A DNA stretch of 64,000 nt from the human T2T-CHM13v2.0 reference genome, Homo sapiens. Below are positions 48,070 to 64,000 of the stretch, in pieces; position 1 is the stretch's first letter; every line of letters starts with the position of its first letter. Below the pieces are notes generated by a model, which was not told the DNA's origin, searched no databases, and saw only the letters and a program-made list of their open reading frames with translations. The DNA is taken from assembly GCF_009914755.1 (NCBI RefSeq), contig NC_060947.1; one strand, given 5' to 3'. The translations under genes and the position numbers were made by a program.

Positions 48070-50040
48070 TGCAGCTATTGTGGAAATTAAGCCAGCAGCC
48101 CCCAGCGAGTTCAGAGAGCTGATGGGAGGAGGGAATCTAGAAGGTGTCAAGTAAGAAAGTATATTTTCTGATTTGAAGAAAAGTGACCAAGGGAGGGGGT
48201 AGCTTGTACACTTTCAGCACCATCACACCTCTGTGAAGCCTATTTCTCTTCCTTAGTGGGCAAAGAGGTTGTTCTCTATAATTAGCTCAAACAGTCGAGG
48301 CAAGGTGAATAGACTGCCTGTGACTGAGACCTACACTTCAGGCTTTGCTAGCATTGAGAGATACGCATCTGAGGGGCTTTGACGTCAAAGTAGCTCCAAG
48401 GCTGAATGAAAAGTACCGAAGAGACTCTTGATGCTAAGTTAAGATTCCAGTTGAAATGATGAAGGGAAATGAAGAGATCAATAAAGAAAGGTAACAGACT
48501 CTACCTGGGGTGCTCGTTGCATTTAAAAGAATTATCTACTCTGCTGTCTAAATTGGAGTTCAACAGTTTTAATAAAGGGACTTATTTATGATTCTAGAAA
48601 AAGTCTGAACAGTGCACTTATTTATCTGCAACATAGCCAGAGCTCAAACTTGGACATAAGTTGCTCTAACAGACTAGTTCCACCTAGTGATAGTGTACCT
48701 AAATTGCAGTTTGTTTTTCTGAGAAAACGAAAACATGGCCTTTACAAGTGGTCACTGCAGCACTGAAGTCATGACTTTATTCAACAGCTGAGCACCAGCT
48801 TCGTGAGAAGCCCTGGGCTAGAGACACTGACGCGTGTCTGGGGAAGAGGGAGTGAGTGCTTTGCAGATTGGCTAAGCGAGGCAATAATAAAACTTCTGAT
48901 TAACAGCAGGAGGTGAGAGCACCAAGCCTACAGGAAGCATATGAAATAATATTTAGAGACCAGGGCAGGTGGGATTAACTCTGTCTCTACTGACTCATGC
49001 TGTTGAGAGATCTGTATACGAACTCAAAACCTCCCTTCTGCATGACAGAAGGCCATGAAAGGGTGAGGAAGAAAATTCCAGGGAGGTTCTGACCAGAAGG
49101 ACAAGAGGACACAATAAAATTCAGCAGCAACCTGGTACCCTTGTCTTTTCATGCAATAATTCTATAAGGAGATTATCCAACTTCACCAGAGCGACACTGA
49201 AATCTTCTTGGCTTTAGACTCACATATCCAAATGCCTACTTAGTTAAGCACCTTCCACTCTGAGCATCCAAAGCTATGAAAGCAACAGGTAGGCCAAAAT
49301 ACAGGTCTACAAGTCTGGCAAACCCTAATCAGCGCTGCCCTGCCCTAGGAATTAGTAGAGCAACCACACCCATCAATGCCAGAGATATGGCAGCAAGTGC
49401 TGAGCCTAAAATGTTCTGGTGAATCAAGCCATCTGTGATTCAGAGAAAAGCAAGTTTGATAGCACATCTTGTGGGCAGGTTTCATCAAGCTCACTGGCTT
49501 GCATGTGGAGCTGTTGCACCGATATTTGGGTAACAAGACCCTAAAAATACTCCCCAAAATTCACAAGCCTTTTATTCTATTGTGGATAGATGCAGCTCCA
49601 CTTGAGGCACAGATGTTTACCCATCCACTATTCCCCACCTCCACATCACTCTCCTTTGCCCCACAGTTTGCTGCTCATGCCAAGACTCCACCTCCAACTC
49701 ATCTCTGGGATAGCCAATGAGCACCTGGGGCCTTCGTGCTGTGTCCCAGGTTTTCTATCAAGGAACCAAGCTTCTAGTGACTACACAGATTTCAGAGTGA
49801 ATCTTTTAGATTCCTCCTAGATTACAAAGGTTAGAGAATGAAGGAGTAAAGGCTTGGGAATCTGTATCTTAATGAAATCCCTACAGTTTGTTTTGATTCA
49901 GCAAATCGGCAGACAAGACTCCAGACTGGATTTTGTCCCAGCATTTCCATTTCCACCTCCTCTAAGAAGTTTCCCAGTGTTGTCAGCCCTCATTGATTTT
50001 CTCCTCCTTTTGAATTCATGTAACATAAAAGCAAAAATTG

Positions 50041-50290
50041 TTTGGGAGGCTGAGGTGGGTGGACCACCTGAGGTCAGGGATTCGAGGCCAGCCTGGCCAA
50101 CATGGCGAAACCTCGTCTCTACTAAAAATACAAAAATTAGCTGGGCATGGTGGCGCATGCCTGTAATCCCAGCTACTCAGGAGGCTGAGGCAGGAGAATC
50201 GCTTGAACCCAGGAGGCAGAGGTTGCAGCAAGCCCAGCAGCCTGGGAGACAGACTGAAATTCCATCTCAAAAAAAAAAAAACAAAAAACA
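50041..50290 (+). mobile_element. Alu (AluS-like), 5'-truncated, short deletion in right arm
   Basis: TTTGGGAGGCTGAGG...CTACTAAAAATACAAAAATTAGC...GAGGTTGCAG/CAGCCTGGG...CTCAAAAAAAA. Confidence 0.95.
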
Positions 50291-51759
50291 AGAATTGTGT
50301 GCTTTTAAAGGGCTCCCAAAAACCAATCAATACAAATGGTTACCTGGAGCAGGAATCCCCTTCACAAAACCCCAGTACATGCTTATCTAACACCTGCCTG
50401 GCCAGCCCTCCCCACTTTTTATAGAATATAGAACCCACCACCCACCAGGCAGCTATTTCAACCCCCATCACCTTTCTTAGGAACGCTAGTAGCCAGAAAA
50501 ATCTCTTCCATCTCACTGATCCCAAATCTTCCCATGTTGCAGCCAGAAACCACCTGGGGGATTGGTAACATTTAAAAAAGAACTGTTTAAAACATTTGCA
50601 AAGTTTTCTGTTGTAAAAGTACTGTCCTTTGAAAGTGATGCTCTCTCTTTCAGAAAACAGTTCGTAGAGATTCTTTTGCTAAAGCAGTTTGTAGTTGCTC
50701 CCCTGGGTGTGTGTCTTCTATTAAGGCAATGATCTCAGAATTCTTGCTACAAAAGCCCAAACAAAATGCTAAATCCCTTCAAGCATCCCTGAACAGGCAG
50801 ATATATTGGTGGTCAGCTGCGGAGGGCAGCTTGGAAACTAAAATCAATCTGCTTTAGCTTCTGTGCTTTAGCAGTATTTTCTTAAATTGCTCTTCGCTGT
50901 TGCTAGTTGCTTTAAGGCACCTTCTGTTGAAGGGAAAATTTGTGCAAGTAAGCCCCAAGAAACCCCTACCTAGTATGGAAGGCTGGAATCAAAAATTCAT
51001 TTCAAAGGAGGAAATAGGGGAGAAATTTGTGAATGAAAATAATTCTCCCTTTTACCTTGCAAAAGTCACCAGGCAGAGTCTTCACTTAGGCTGGTATCAA
51101 ATAATGATTCATTCATCAGGATTGAATTGAAAACTCTTGAGTGCCAGAAAGGATTCCTGAAAAAGGAAACGGACGGTGACTGCCATGTTTCATAACTCCG
51201 GTGGGTGCCACTTACAATTGGAGGGACATGGAGAAGGCTCCAAAGGATGGTTCCCTGGTAGCAAATAAAACAGGTGGCAAAGAGGAGGTCTAGCAAACAT
51301 GTTGAAACCAGAGTAGGGCATGAATTTGCTCTGGATAATAAAATTAGGTAGCATTGAGGGTGCGGGTGTCTGTTTGGAGCTCCAGTTCTGCAAGGTCTAG
51401 GAAAGCAAATCCAGCAGAAGACAGAAAAACCCAGCTCAGTCCCGGGTACTGATATATTGCTAAGGAAGGAGGGGATGTTGATAGGAAGTTAATATAGGGA
51501 CTTGGGGACTCCATACCATAAGACCAACTTATAATGAGGGGACTAGAGAGAAAAGCAAGTCTGGAGTGGAGAAACTGAGGCAGAGCTTGCAGATGGGGGA
51601 TTTAGTTGTCCTAGCTGGAGGAGCAGGAAAAGGTCCAGGTATTGAGTTGGGAGCTTATGGGACTGATGCTGCTTGCATGTCTCAAAATCCTATTGTACTT
51701 CTAACAAACAAGCTTGAAAACCTGGAATTTTCAACTTTTTGACAATAGAAAGTACCAAA

Positions 51760-54700
51760 CTGACTCCCAGAACACATAGACAATATAATCAAACCAATTA
51801 CCAAATAAGAAATTGAGAAAATTGTTGAAGACAAATTCTCCCCTGAAAGCACCAGGCCCAAATTGTTTCTTGGGGAAGGAGTGGGTTAGAGAAATGTTGG
51901 TAAAATGATACAAAATTCCAGTTAACAGGAGGAATTAGTTCAAGAGATCTATTGTACAGCATGTTAACTATAGTCAATAACAAGTACCAGATTCTTGAAA
52001 GTCACTGGGACTGTAGATTTTGAGTGTTCTCACCACAAAATAATGATAAGTATGTGAGATAGTATATACGTTAATTAGTTCAATTTAGTCATTCCACAAT
52101 TTATACGTATTTCAAAACATAATGTTGTATATAACAAATATGTACAGTTTTTATTTGTCAATTAAAAGTTAATTAATTTAAAAGGAAACATAAATTATGT
52201 GAGTACAGTGAAAGGCAGAAATTGATAAATCTGTAACACATGTGGAATTAAAAATGTACAAAGGCCTAAAACAGGGAGGAAGATCCCTTCCAATGAAAGA
52301 CCCTTGGGGATGTTTCATTAACAAACTAACGTGTGGTATTGGTTATTGATTCAACAACAGCAAAAAATATTCTGGTTTTACCCATTCAGAGCTCTTTTAG
52401 TTGGCTCCCATGTCCCCTTGACATATACCCATTTTTTTAGGGATTTTTAAAAGCACTTTCCTATTTTCTGACACTGCAAGATGCTTCAGTCTCATTTTAT
52501 ATAATTCCTGCCTTGGTCCTAGAATCAGCAATTTCTTCAAGGAGTCCTGATTCCTTTTACTGGAGGATACTAAAAGAAACCATTGACAAATCCCAGGTCA
52601 TGCAGATTTCCCCATTTGCTTCTAAAAGTTTTACAGTTTTAGCTCTTAAATTTAGGTCTTTGGTTCATTTTGAGTTAATGTTGTTATGAGATTAAAGTTA
52701 AGGGTCAAACCTCATTCTTTTGCATGTGAATATTTCAGTTTTCCAGCACTTTTTGTTGAAGACAATTGTTCTATTTCCATTCAATGGTCTTGAAACCCTT
52801 GTCAAATATAAATTGATATAGATGTGAGTGTTTATTTCTGTGCTCTCAATTCTCTTCCATTGGTCTATATTTTTGTCCTTAGGCCAATACCACACCCTTT
52901 TGATTACTGTAACTTTAAGTAAGTTGTAAAATCAGGTAGTATGAATGTTCCAACTTTGTTTTCTTTCTCAAGATTGTTTTGGCTATTTTGTCACCCTTGC
53001 AATCCCATATTAATTTTAGAATCAGCTTCTCCATTTCTGCAAAAATAAAACAAAACAATAACAGGGCATTGAGATTAGGTTTGAGACGGCATTAAAACTA
53101 TATTTTTTTTAGGTAGTATTGTTAACAATATGTAGTCGGCCAATTCTTGAACCAGGTGTCTCCCATTTATTTAGGTCTTCTTTAATTTATTTCAGCAGTG
53201 TTATGTAGTTTTCAGCAGGCAAGTCTTGTGTTTTCTTGGTTAAATTTATTCCTAAGTATTTTATTCTTTTTGATGCTATCGTAAATGAAATTGTTTTCTT
53301 AATTTCCTCTTTGAATCATTCAATACTAGTGTATAGAAATATGCTAAAATCACCCAATACATTGTTACTGTTATTACTGGGAAAAATTTTAAGTCTATTA
53401 GGAAGTGATGACTTTCAAGCTCTTTAAATATTGGAGCTGAAACTACAAGTCTTCAATTCTATTCGATTTTAAAGGAACAGAGTACTTTAATGCTATTTAA
53501 TCTGTTTCAGAGCATAGAGAAAGAAGAAAAGCTTCCAAACAGATACCAAAAACTGACAAAACTATGCCCAATTCTCAATTATTAACACTAATGCAAAAGT
53601 ACCAAATTAGATATTAGCAAATAGAACCCATCAACTAATTAAAAGAAAAATACACCAAGAAAGTGGGTTTTATACCAGAAAGTCAAAGAGATTTCAATAT
53701 TAGGAAATCCATTAACACAATTAAACATGGAAAAAATGTATAATCATTTCCATAAACAACAGTATTTATTTTATGAAATTAAATGGTCATGCTTGATTAG
53801 TAAATGGAAGCTATTACTAACAAGACAAAATAAACTGAGAAAGATTGAAAAAGAAACAGAAAGTGAGGAAGGAAAATACTAGCAACCTGCTAAATGGCGA
53901 GATACCAGAAGTATTACTATTAAAGTCTGAAATAAGGCAAGGATATCCACTATCATCTCTATTATTTAACATTATTTGGGGGCATTTCCTAGTACAAATA
54001 GATAAGGATTTCTAAAAATGCCATCAACATTGGAAAGTAGTTAAAATTTTCATTTTTCATAGATGATATAATTGTTTACCTTAAAGCAACAGAAGAAATA
54101 CATGTAAATCATTAAAAACAGTAAGAAAATTCTCTTCTTTTTCCTTCCTCTTCTCTTGGAGTTGGTGGTGTAATAGATTTAGAAGGTGGCAAAGTGAGGA
54201 GGCAACAGGCTGAGGAAATGGCAATAGGTCCATTAGCTGAGGAGGTCACTAATGTAGTCAGGAGATTGATTATATACAAGAGTATTGAACATATTAGTAA
54301 ATATATTGAGAATAATAGGAGCTAGCTTTCTCGCTGTCAGAAAGTGATTTACAAATGTAGGGAGGGAAAAGGCTAGAAAGATTCCTGGTGTTTGGGATTT
54401 TAATTGGAGCTATCGATATGTACTCATGCTTTACACACATACACATACACACTCACACACACAGAGAAATATAGATATGTGTGCAGTGTGAATGTGTTGT
54501 GTACTCACACACATATACAAACACATATTTCCTATGTCTGTTAGAGGCCACTAAGTGAACAGATCTTGGGTTCTAAATATCACCCCCTCTAAAAGGACTC
54601 AGGGATCCTTGTAAAATGATTGATTCTAGAACTGGAGCAGGGAAAGTACATGATCCTGGAACATGTTGTTGTTTTTGAAAGTAAGGAGGAGATCAAAGAA

Positions 54701-55920
54701 TGATAGGGATGTGTGTAAAGAACACTGGAGCAGGTCTGAAAGGTCTCTCACTAGCTCCTATATCCAAATATAGGATAATTTTAGTGTCAAAATAAATAAT
54801 GTTAGTAAAGGATAACAATCAAGTGAATAATATAGGAATCCATCCATGAGTCCATATCAAAATTTCAAAATGAAAGAAATAAAAAGAAAATGAGGACGTG
54901 AAACTTCCTTAGAGTAGAATGTTAACTAATGAATGTAGAAGGAATGATATAAAGATAAACATGACCACTTAAGAATGACCATAGTAGTGGTTGATTTAGG
55001 CAGCGATCATCAATGAATGCTAAGGCAGGTGAGTGGGTGTTTGAAGAACAGAATAGTAGAATAGACTCAGAGGATCTTCTTACAAAATACATAACAATTA
55101 CAAGGAGAAAAAATGTGACTCCTTGTTGGGGAAACATGGCAGACACCACCTTGCCCAGGTAATGAACATTATCATCATCACTGGTGGAACAGAGTTGCCA
55201 TAATACCCCCCTTGATGCATTACTCTGCTTACAGTATGGCATTATTACTACAGTCTTCTTGCCAGGAATACATGACCTGAGTTTGGACAGGAGTAGTTAC
55301 CAAATAAACAAGGGTTGAGGGACATCATACAAAATGAAAGACATGTACTCTTTATACTGTCAAGATCATGAAAGTCAAGAAAGACTGAGGAAATGTTCCA
55401 GACTTTAGGAGACTAAAAATACATGAAAATTAAATGTAACACGTGACTCTGGATTGGATCCTGGACCACAGAATAGAAAGAGACATGGTTGGGATACTTG
55501 GAAAAATTTGAATAAAGTCTTTGGGTTGGGTCATAGTGCTGTATCAATGTTTATTTGCTGATTTGGATATTTCTATTTGTGACTATGAAAGATAATGTCC
55601 TTGCTTTTGAGAAGCACACAGTGGCATATTTTGGGGCAGTTGGGCATAATGTCTGAACCTTGCTCTCAATTCAATTAGTTTTTAAAAAGAATATTTTTAA
55701 GTGAGTAGTGGTTTTGTTTGTTTGTTTTTTAAAGAGCAGTAGTACTCATTTTAAAAGGGTTGTGTGTTTGTGTGTGTGTGTGTGTGTGTGGAGAGAGAGG
55801 GGGAAAAAGAGAGAGCAAATATGCTAAAATGCTAGCAATTGTCTAATATGAGTAAAATAATATGTGAATTTTTTAGTTTTTTCAATTTTTAATAAGGTTG
55901 CAATATTTCAAAATAAATTA
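51760..55920. mobile_element. Stack of nested old L1 fragments (L1MA, L1MB, L1MC-like) in both orientations
   Basis: L1MA 3' end ~51870-52170; antisense ORF2 ~52590-53345 (ORF 52698-52895 WYWPKDKNIDQWKRIESTEIN matches L1 ORF2); L1MC-like 3'UTR ~54160-55900. Confidence 0.7.
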
Positions 55921-56086
55921 TATAAAAAGCCCCACCACACAACGTTGTAATTTAGACCTAAGAAAATCATTGAAATAAATATACTGTAAGTAGAAAAAAT
56001 GATTACTATAAATATTTTCCTAGCACAAAAGGTGATTATCATTTTAATATTAAGATTTTAATATCATTCAAAATTAATCCAAATAA

Positions 56087-56318
56087 GCTGAATGCAGTGG
56101 CTAATGCTTGAAATACCAGAAACTCAGGACCCCATCTCTTAAAAAATATAAAAAATTAGTTGGGTGCCTATAGTCCCAGCTACTTTACTTTGGAGGCTGA
56201 GGCCAAAGGATCACTCACTGGAGCTTAAGAGTTCAAGGCTGCAGTGAGACATGACCGTGCCACTGCACTCCAGCCTGGGTGACAGAATGAAACCTTGTCT
56301 CCAAAGAACAAAAAAAAT
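56087..56318 (+). mobile_element. Degenerate AluJ-like element
   Basis: GCAGTGGCTAATGC...TAGTCCCAGCTAC...GGAGGCTGAGG...GAGTTCAAGGCTGCAGTGAG...CACTGCACTCCAGCCTGGGTGACAGA. Confidence 0.9.
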
Positions 56319-56379
56319 AAGAAATTAATCAAAATGTATAGTTTATTTATGTAAGATATAGGCTTATATATATATTTAG

Positions 56380-56596
<217 letters not shown>

Positions 56597-58656
56597 TATA
56601 CTTAGTTCTTTAAAGGATAGCAGAAATTAGTAAGATGGATGACATAAAGATAAAAATTTAAAAATGCATGTGTTGCTATATAAATACATTTTTTAGATGT
56701 CATGAAAAAAGACATTACATTTACAGTTGCAACTGTAATAGCAAACACCAAAAAAATGAACTCTAGGAATAAAGCTACTGAGAAATGTGCAGGGCCCACA
56801 TGAAAAATATTTAAAACATCAGGTTGTGTCATAAAACTACATTTAAGTAAATGGAAAGATATACTTAAAATTTAATTATAATATTAATGTGATCCTATTA
56901 AAACAGGTAACATTTTAAAAAAAATTAATCAAGCTTATTTAAAAATTTCTCTGGAAAAAACCTGAAGAACACAACCAAGGCCTTTCTACCAAAAAAAAAA
57001 TAATGAAACAATAATGAAATACAACATTTCATGTATAATAAGGTAAAGGTAAAGCAAATCTCAACGACACTGGTTCATGAGATCAATGAGACGAAATAGA
57101 GAGCCAAAAAGAAACCCAAGTCATGTTAGAATTTGGTATATGAAAAAGACGGCACTTAAGTAAGAAAAATAATAGATGGCTTTATCAACAAATGTTGCTG
57201 AGACAAATGGATTTTCCAATGGAAAAAATAAAGTTGGCTCCCAATCTCACTCCATACGCCAAAATAAATTTGAAGTGGATCAAAGGTGTGAGTTAAAAAT
57301 GAAAACAAAGTACTAGAAGCCAACATGGGGTATCTTGTCTTCAATTCCAGAGTGGAGAACTTTCTAAGTATGATACAAACCCAGAAGCCATAAAAGACAA
57401 GACAGATAAATTAATTATTCAAATATGTATGAACTTCTTCTGGAAAAATGGAATGTATGTATTGTTTCCTATTTCTCCTGCAAAGTACAGATAAAATCCC
57501 TGGAGATTATATATGAAACAACCACAAGAAGACAGAAAGGTGAAAAGAAAAAGGCAGACAAGATAGAGACCTCAGGACCAAGGAATGGCATTGTGGTGAG
57601 TTCCTTGAGTATTCTTTTTGCTTCTTATTTCCAATCCAGGTAACAAAGACACTGTAAATATAAAATCATCAAAGGCCACTACCAAAGAAAGAAGTGGTAA
57701 GAAAAGCCTATTCTCTCTAGCTAAAAAAGAAAACTTTTAGACAATAAGCACTCTCTGACCACAAACCACAGAAAATGTTTGACCCATTCCCACTCCTGGA
57801 GCAAAGACCAAATGAAGAACTTAGACTTGCACCTTCCCCGCACTAAAACAAGGTGCCCTGACATCCTTGTCAGGGTGATGTCATAGGCCAGTGGGAAGTA
57901 GAGACTTCCACCACTGTTGGCAATAATGAGACATAATGATAATATTGGCCACATAGGGAGTAGTAATGAGGATCTCTTCTACATACTACCCTATGCCAAT
58001 AAAGACCAAATGAAAACCTGAACTTCCACCCTAACCTAGCAGATGTCAGAGGAAGTCAGTTAAAACGTAAAATTTAAATAAAATCAAGAATATCATAACA
58101 ACTGAAATATCCAGATTTCAACAAAAAATTATACCAAGAACTAGAAAAATCTCAACTTGCAAAAAGTAAGACAATCAAATCAACAGATACCAATCCAATG
58201 TCGACAGATATATAATTATCTTATAGGGACTTATCATCATACATTATAATAATGTTTCAACACAAAATTACAAACACACGAAACAAATAAAAAAGTAGAA
58301 AGTCTCATCAAAGGAATAGAAATTCTCAGCAAAAATTAAAGATATAAGAAACAGCTCATGGATATATTAGAAATGAACAATACAATAGCTGATTTTAAGA
58401 GTTAATGGGCTCAGCAGCAGAATAGACAGGACTGAGGAAGAAATCATTAAACTTGAATATAGAACAATAGAAATTAATCACTTTGAATAACAGGGGAAAA
58501 ATGAAAAGAGTTCAGGGACATACGGCACTATAAAAAAAATAACTAGCATTCTGGTCATTAGAATCTCAGAAGAGTGGGGAAAACTTTAAAAGTTTGAAGT
58601 TTTAGGTAAAAAGGAAAAAGACTGAATATATAATGGCCAAGAATTTCCCAAATTTG

Positions 58657-58808
58657 GGCCCAATGTAGTGGCTGATACCTGTAATTCCAGCACATTGGGA
58701 GACTTTGCAGGAGGATCAATTGAGGCCTGGAGTTTGAGATGAGCCTGATCAACATAGTGAGACCCCATCCCTTTCTGTAAATTATATAATATATAATAAA
58801 AATTTTAA
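58657..58808 (+). mobile_element. Alu monomer (FLAM-like) with TSD
   Basis: GTAGTGGCTGATACCTGTAATTCCAGCAC...GGAGGATCAATTGAGGCCTGGAGTTTGAGATGAGCCTG; TSD AAGAATTTCCCAAAT at 58639-58653 and 58809-58823. Confidence 0.9.
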
Positions 58809-59520
58809 AAGAATTTCCCAAATGTGGCAGAAGACACAAACCAACAGATTCAAGAAGTTGAGCACACCCGAAACAAGATAAATTCAAAGGTGCACATCAT
58901 AATTAAACTTCAGGAAACTAAAGTCAAAGAAAAAAATTAAAAAGCCACTAGAGAAAAATGACACCTTATCTAGAGGGGAATACCAATTAGAACTAAAGGG
59001 AGTTCCTCATTAGAAACTACTGAAGGTGCAAGAAAGTGGCACAATATTTTTCAAGTGCTGAAAGAAAAGAACTGTCAGCTCAATAATCTATATATAGTAA
59101 AAACATCCTTCAAGAAAGAAAGAGAAATCAATACCTTCTCAAATAAAGAAAACCTAAGAGATTTTTTTTTTTTTTACCAGACCTACCCTAAAGAATGGCT
59201 AAAGAAGTTCTCTAAAAAGAATAGAAATGATTTTTTTAAATCTTGGACTATCAGGAAGGAAGAAAGAATAAAAAGAGGGAATATACGGATAAATATAATT
59301 GAACACTCTCAAATGTGTTTGTGGTGTAGAAAACATTTAAAACAATTATATATTATATGGAGGAGGATCAAAATATGTGAACAGAGGTAAATTTTCTATA
59401 CATCACTTGAACAGGTAAAATACTGGCACAAGTATAATTACGTAAGTTATGTATATATAATGTAATAACTAATGCAACTAGTGAGGAAGTTATACAAAGA
59501 GATACACTCAGAAACACTAT

Positions 59521-59561
59521 AGATACTACACTTGATCTTAGCCAAAAGGCCAAGAAGGGAT
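59521..59561 (-). pseudogene. U2 snRNA 5'-end retropseudogene (41 nt, tailless)
   Basis: Reverse complement ATCCCTTCTTGGCCTTTTGGCTAAGATCAAGTGTAGTATCT versus U2 5' end ATCGCTTCTCGGCCTTTTGGCTAAGATCAAGTGTAGTATCT (2 mismatches); flanked by the degenerate direct repeat AAAYACTAYAGATA. Confidence 0.93.
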
Positions 59562-59774
59562 AAAAATACTACAGATAAATAAAAATTGAATTCTAAAAAA
59601 AGAGTAAAAAGTTAAATAAACACAAAGGAAGACAGTAAAAAGAAAATAGAGAAACAAAACACAGAGAGAACAGAAAACCAACAGTAAAATAGCGTAATTA
59701 AGCCCTAACATAGCAATAATTACATTCAACATAAATTGTATAAATACACTAATTAAAAGAGATTTGCTAGTGGA

Positions 59775-60078
59775 TTTTTATTTTATTTTATTATATTTTA
59801 TTTTATTTTATTTTATTTTATTCAGATGGAGTCTCACTCTGTCACCCAGGCTGGAGTGTGGTGGCCTGATCTCAGCTCACTGCAACCTCTGCCTCCTGGG
59901 TTCAAGTGATTCTGCTGCCTCATCCTCCTGAGCAGCTGGGATTACAAATACATGCCACCACATCTGGCTAATTTTTTTTTTTTTTTGTATTTTTAGTAGA
60001 GATGGGGTTTCACCATGTTGGCCAGGCTGCTCTCGAACTCCTAGCCTTGAGTTATCCACCTTCCTCAGCCTCCCAAAG
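59775..60078 (-). mobile_element. Alu (AluS-like) with (TTTTA)n tail
   Basis: AGATGGAGTCTCACTCTGTCACCCAGGCTGGAGTG...CCTCAGCCTCCCAAAGT. Confidence 0.95.
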
Positions 60079-60420
60079 TACTAGCGTGTTTTTTTAAATC
60101 CTCAATTACATGCTGTTTAAAAGACACTCACTTCTCCTGTAGTAGTATAGGTAGGTTGCAAGCAAAAGGACAGAAAATATTAAGCCATGCAAAGATTAAT
60201 CAAAAGAAATCAGGAGAAGCTATGTTAATATAGCCTCAGAGCAAAGAAAATTACCAGTGACAGAGACGGACATTGCATAATGATAAAACTGTCAATTCAC
60301 AAGAAAAATGTAACAATATTACATCTATATACACCAAATAACAGAGATACAAAATGTGTGCAGCAAAAACTATAGAATAGAAAGGAGAAATAGTCAAGTC
60401 CACAATTGTATCTGGACATT

Positions 60421-64000
<3,580 letters not shown>

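Larger units (their letters stand above)
56600..60420 (+). mobile_element. Old L1M fragments, including 5'UTR/ORF1-like and ORF2-start sequence
   Basis: ORF 59055-59390 LKEKNCQL..LY.VKTSFKKEREINTFSNKENLRDF matches the L1 ORF1 C-terminus; ORF2 N-terminus-like sequence from ~59700. Confidence 0.75.

Noticed and set aside
48212-48230. TTCAGCACC as a REST/NRSE site
   Set aside because: Only the left half-site is present; the GGACAG half is missing.
49854-50424. 178-aa ORF and overlapping ORFs
   Set aside because: Read through an Alu; typical Alu translations. The same applies to 40726-41016 and 59877-60059.

Overview
AT-rich mammalian DNA from a hominid, most likely human (it contains an SVA, Alus and a young L1PA). 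I see no intact host protein-coding gene. The window is a decayed olfactory receptor (OR) cluster with three minus-strand OR pseudogenes: one family-11-like (~6.5-7.4 kb) and two family-5-like (~23.7-24.55 kb and ~35.75-36.3 kb). They lie among dense interspersed repeats (L2, MIR, old L1M, MaLR LTR, MER5/MER20/MER53, Alu). Other insertions include a 5'-truncated SVA, a tailless U2 snRNA retrocopy, and the 3' 3.6 kb of an L1PA2/3-like element whose ORF2 has one visible frameshift. From memory, an OR11-like plus two OR5-like pseudogenes fits the Xq26 cluster near IGSF1/OR13H1, but I cannot verify this. The main unexplained structure is an ungapped, ~90% identical 225-bp inverted repeat (12921-13145 / 13558-13782) that I do not recognise as a known repeat. 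Each arm carries O/E (EBF) and homeodomain motifs like those of OR enhancers. Repeat subfamily calls and most repeat boundaries are by eye and approximate.
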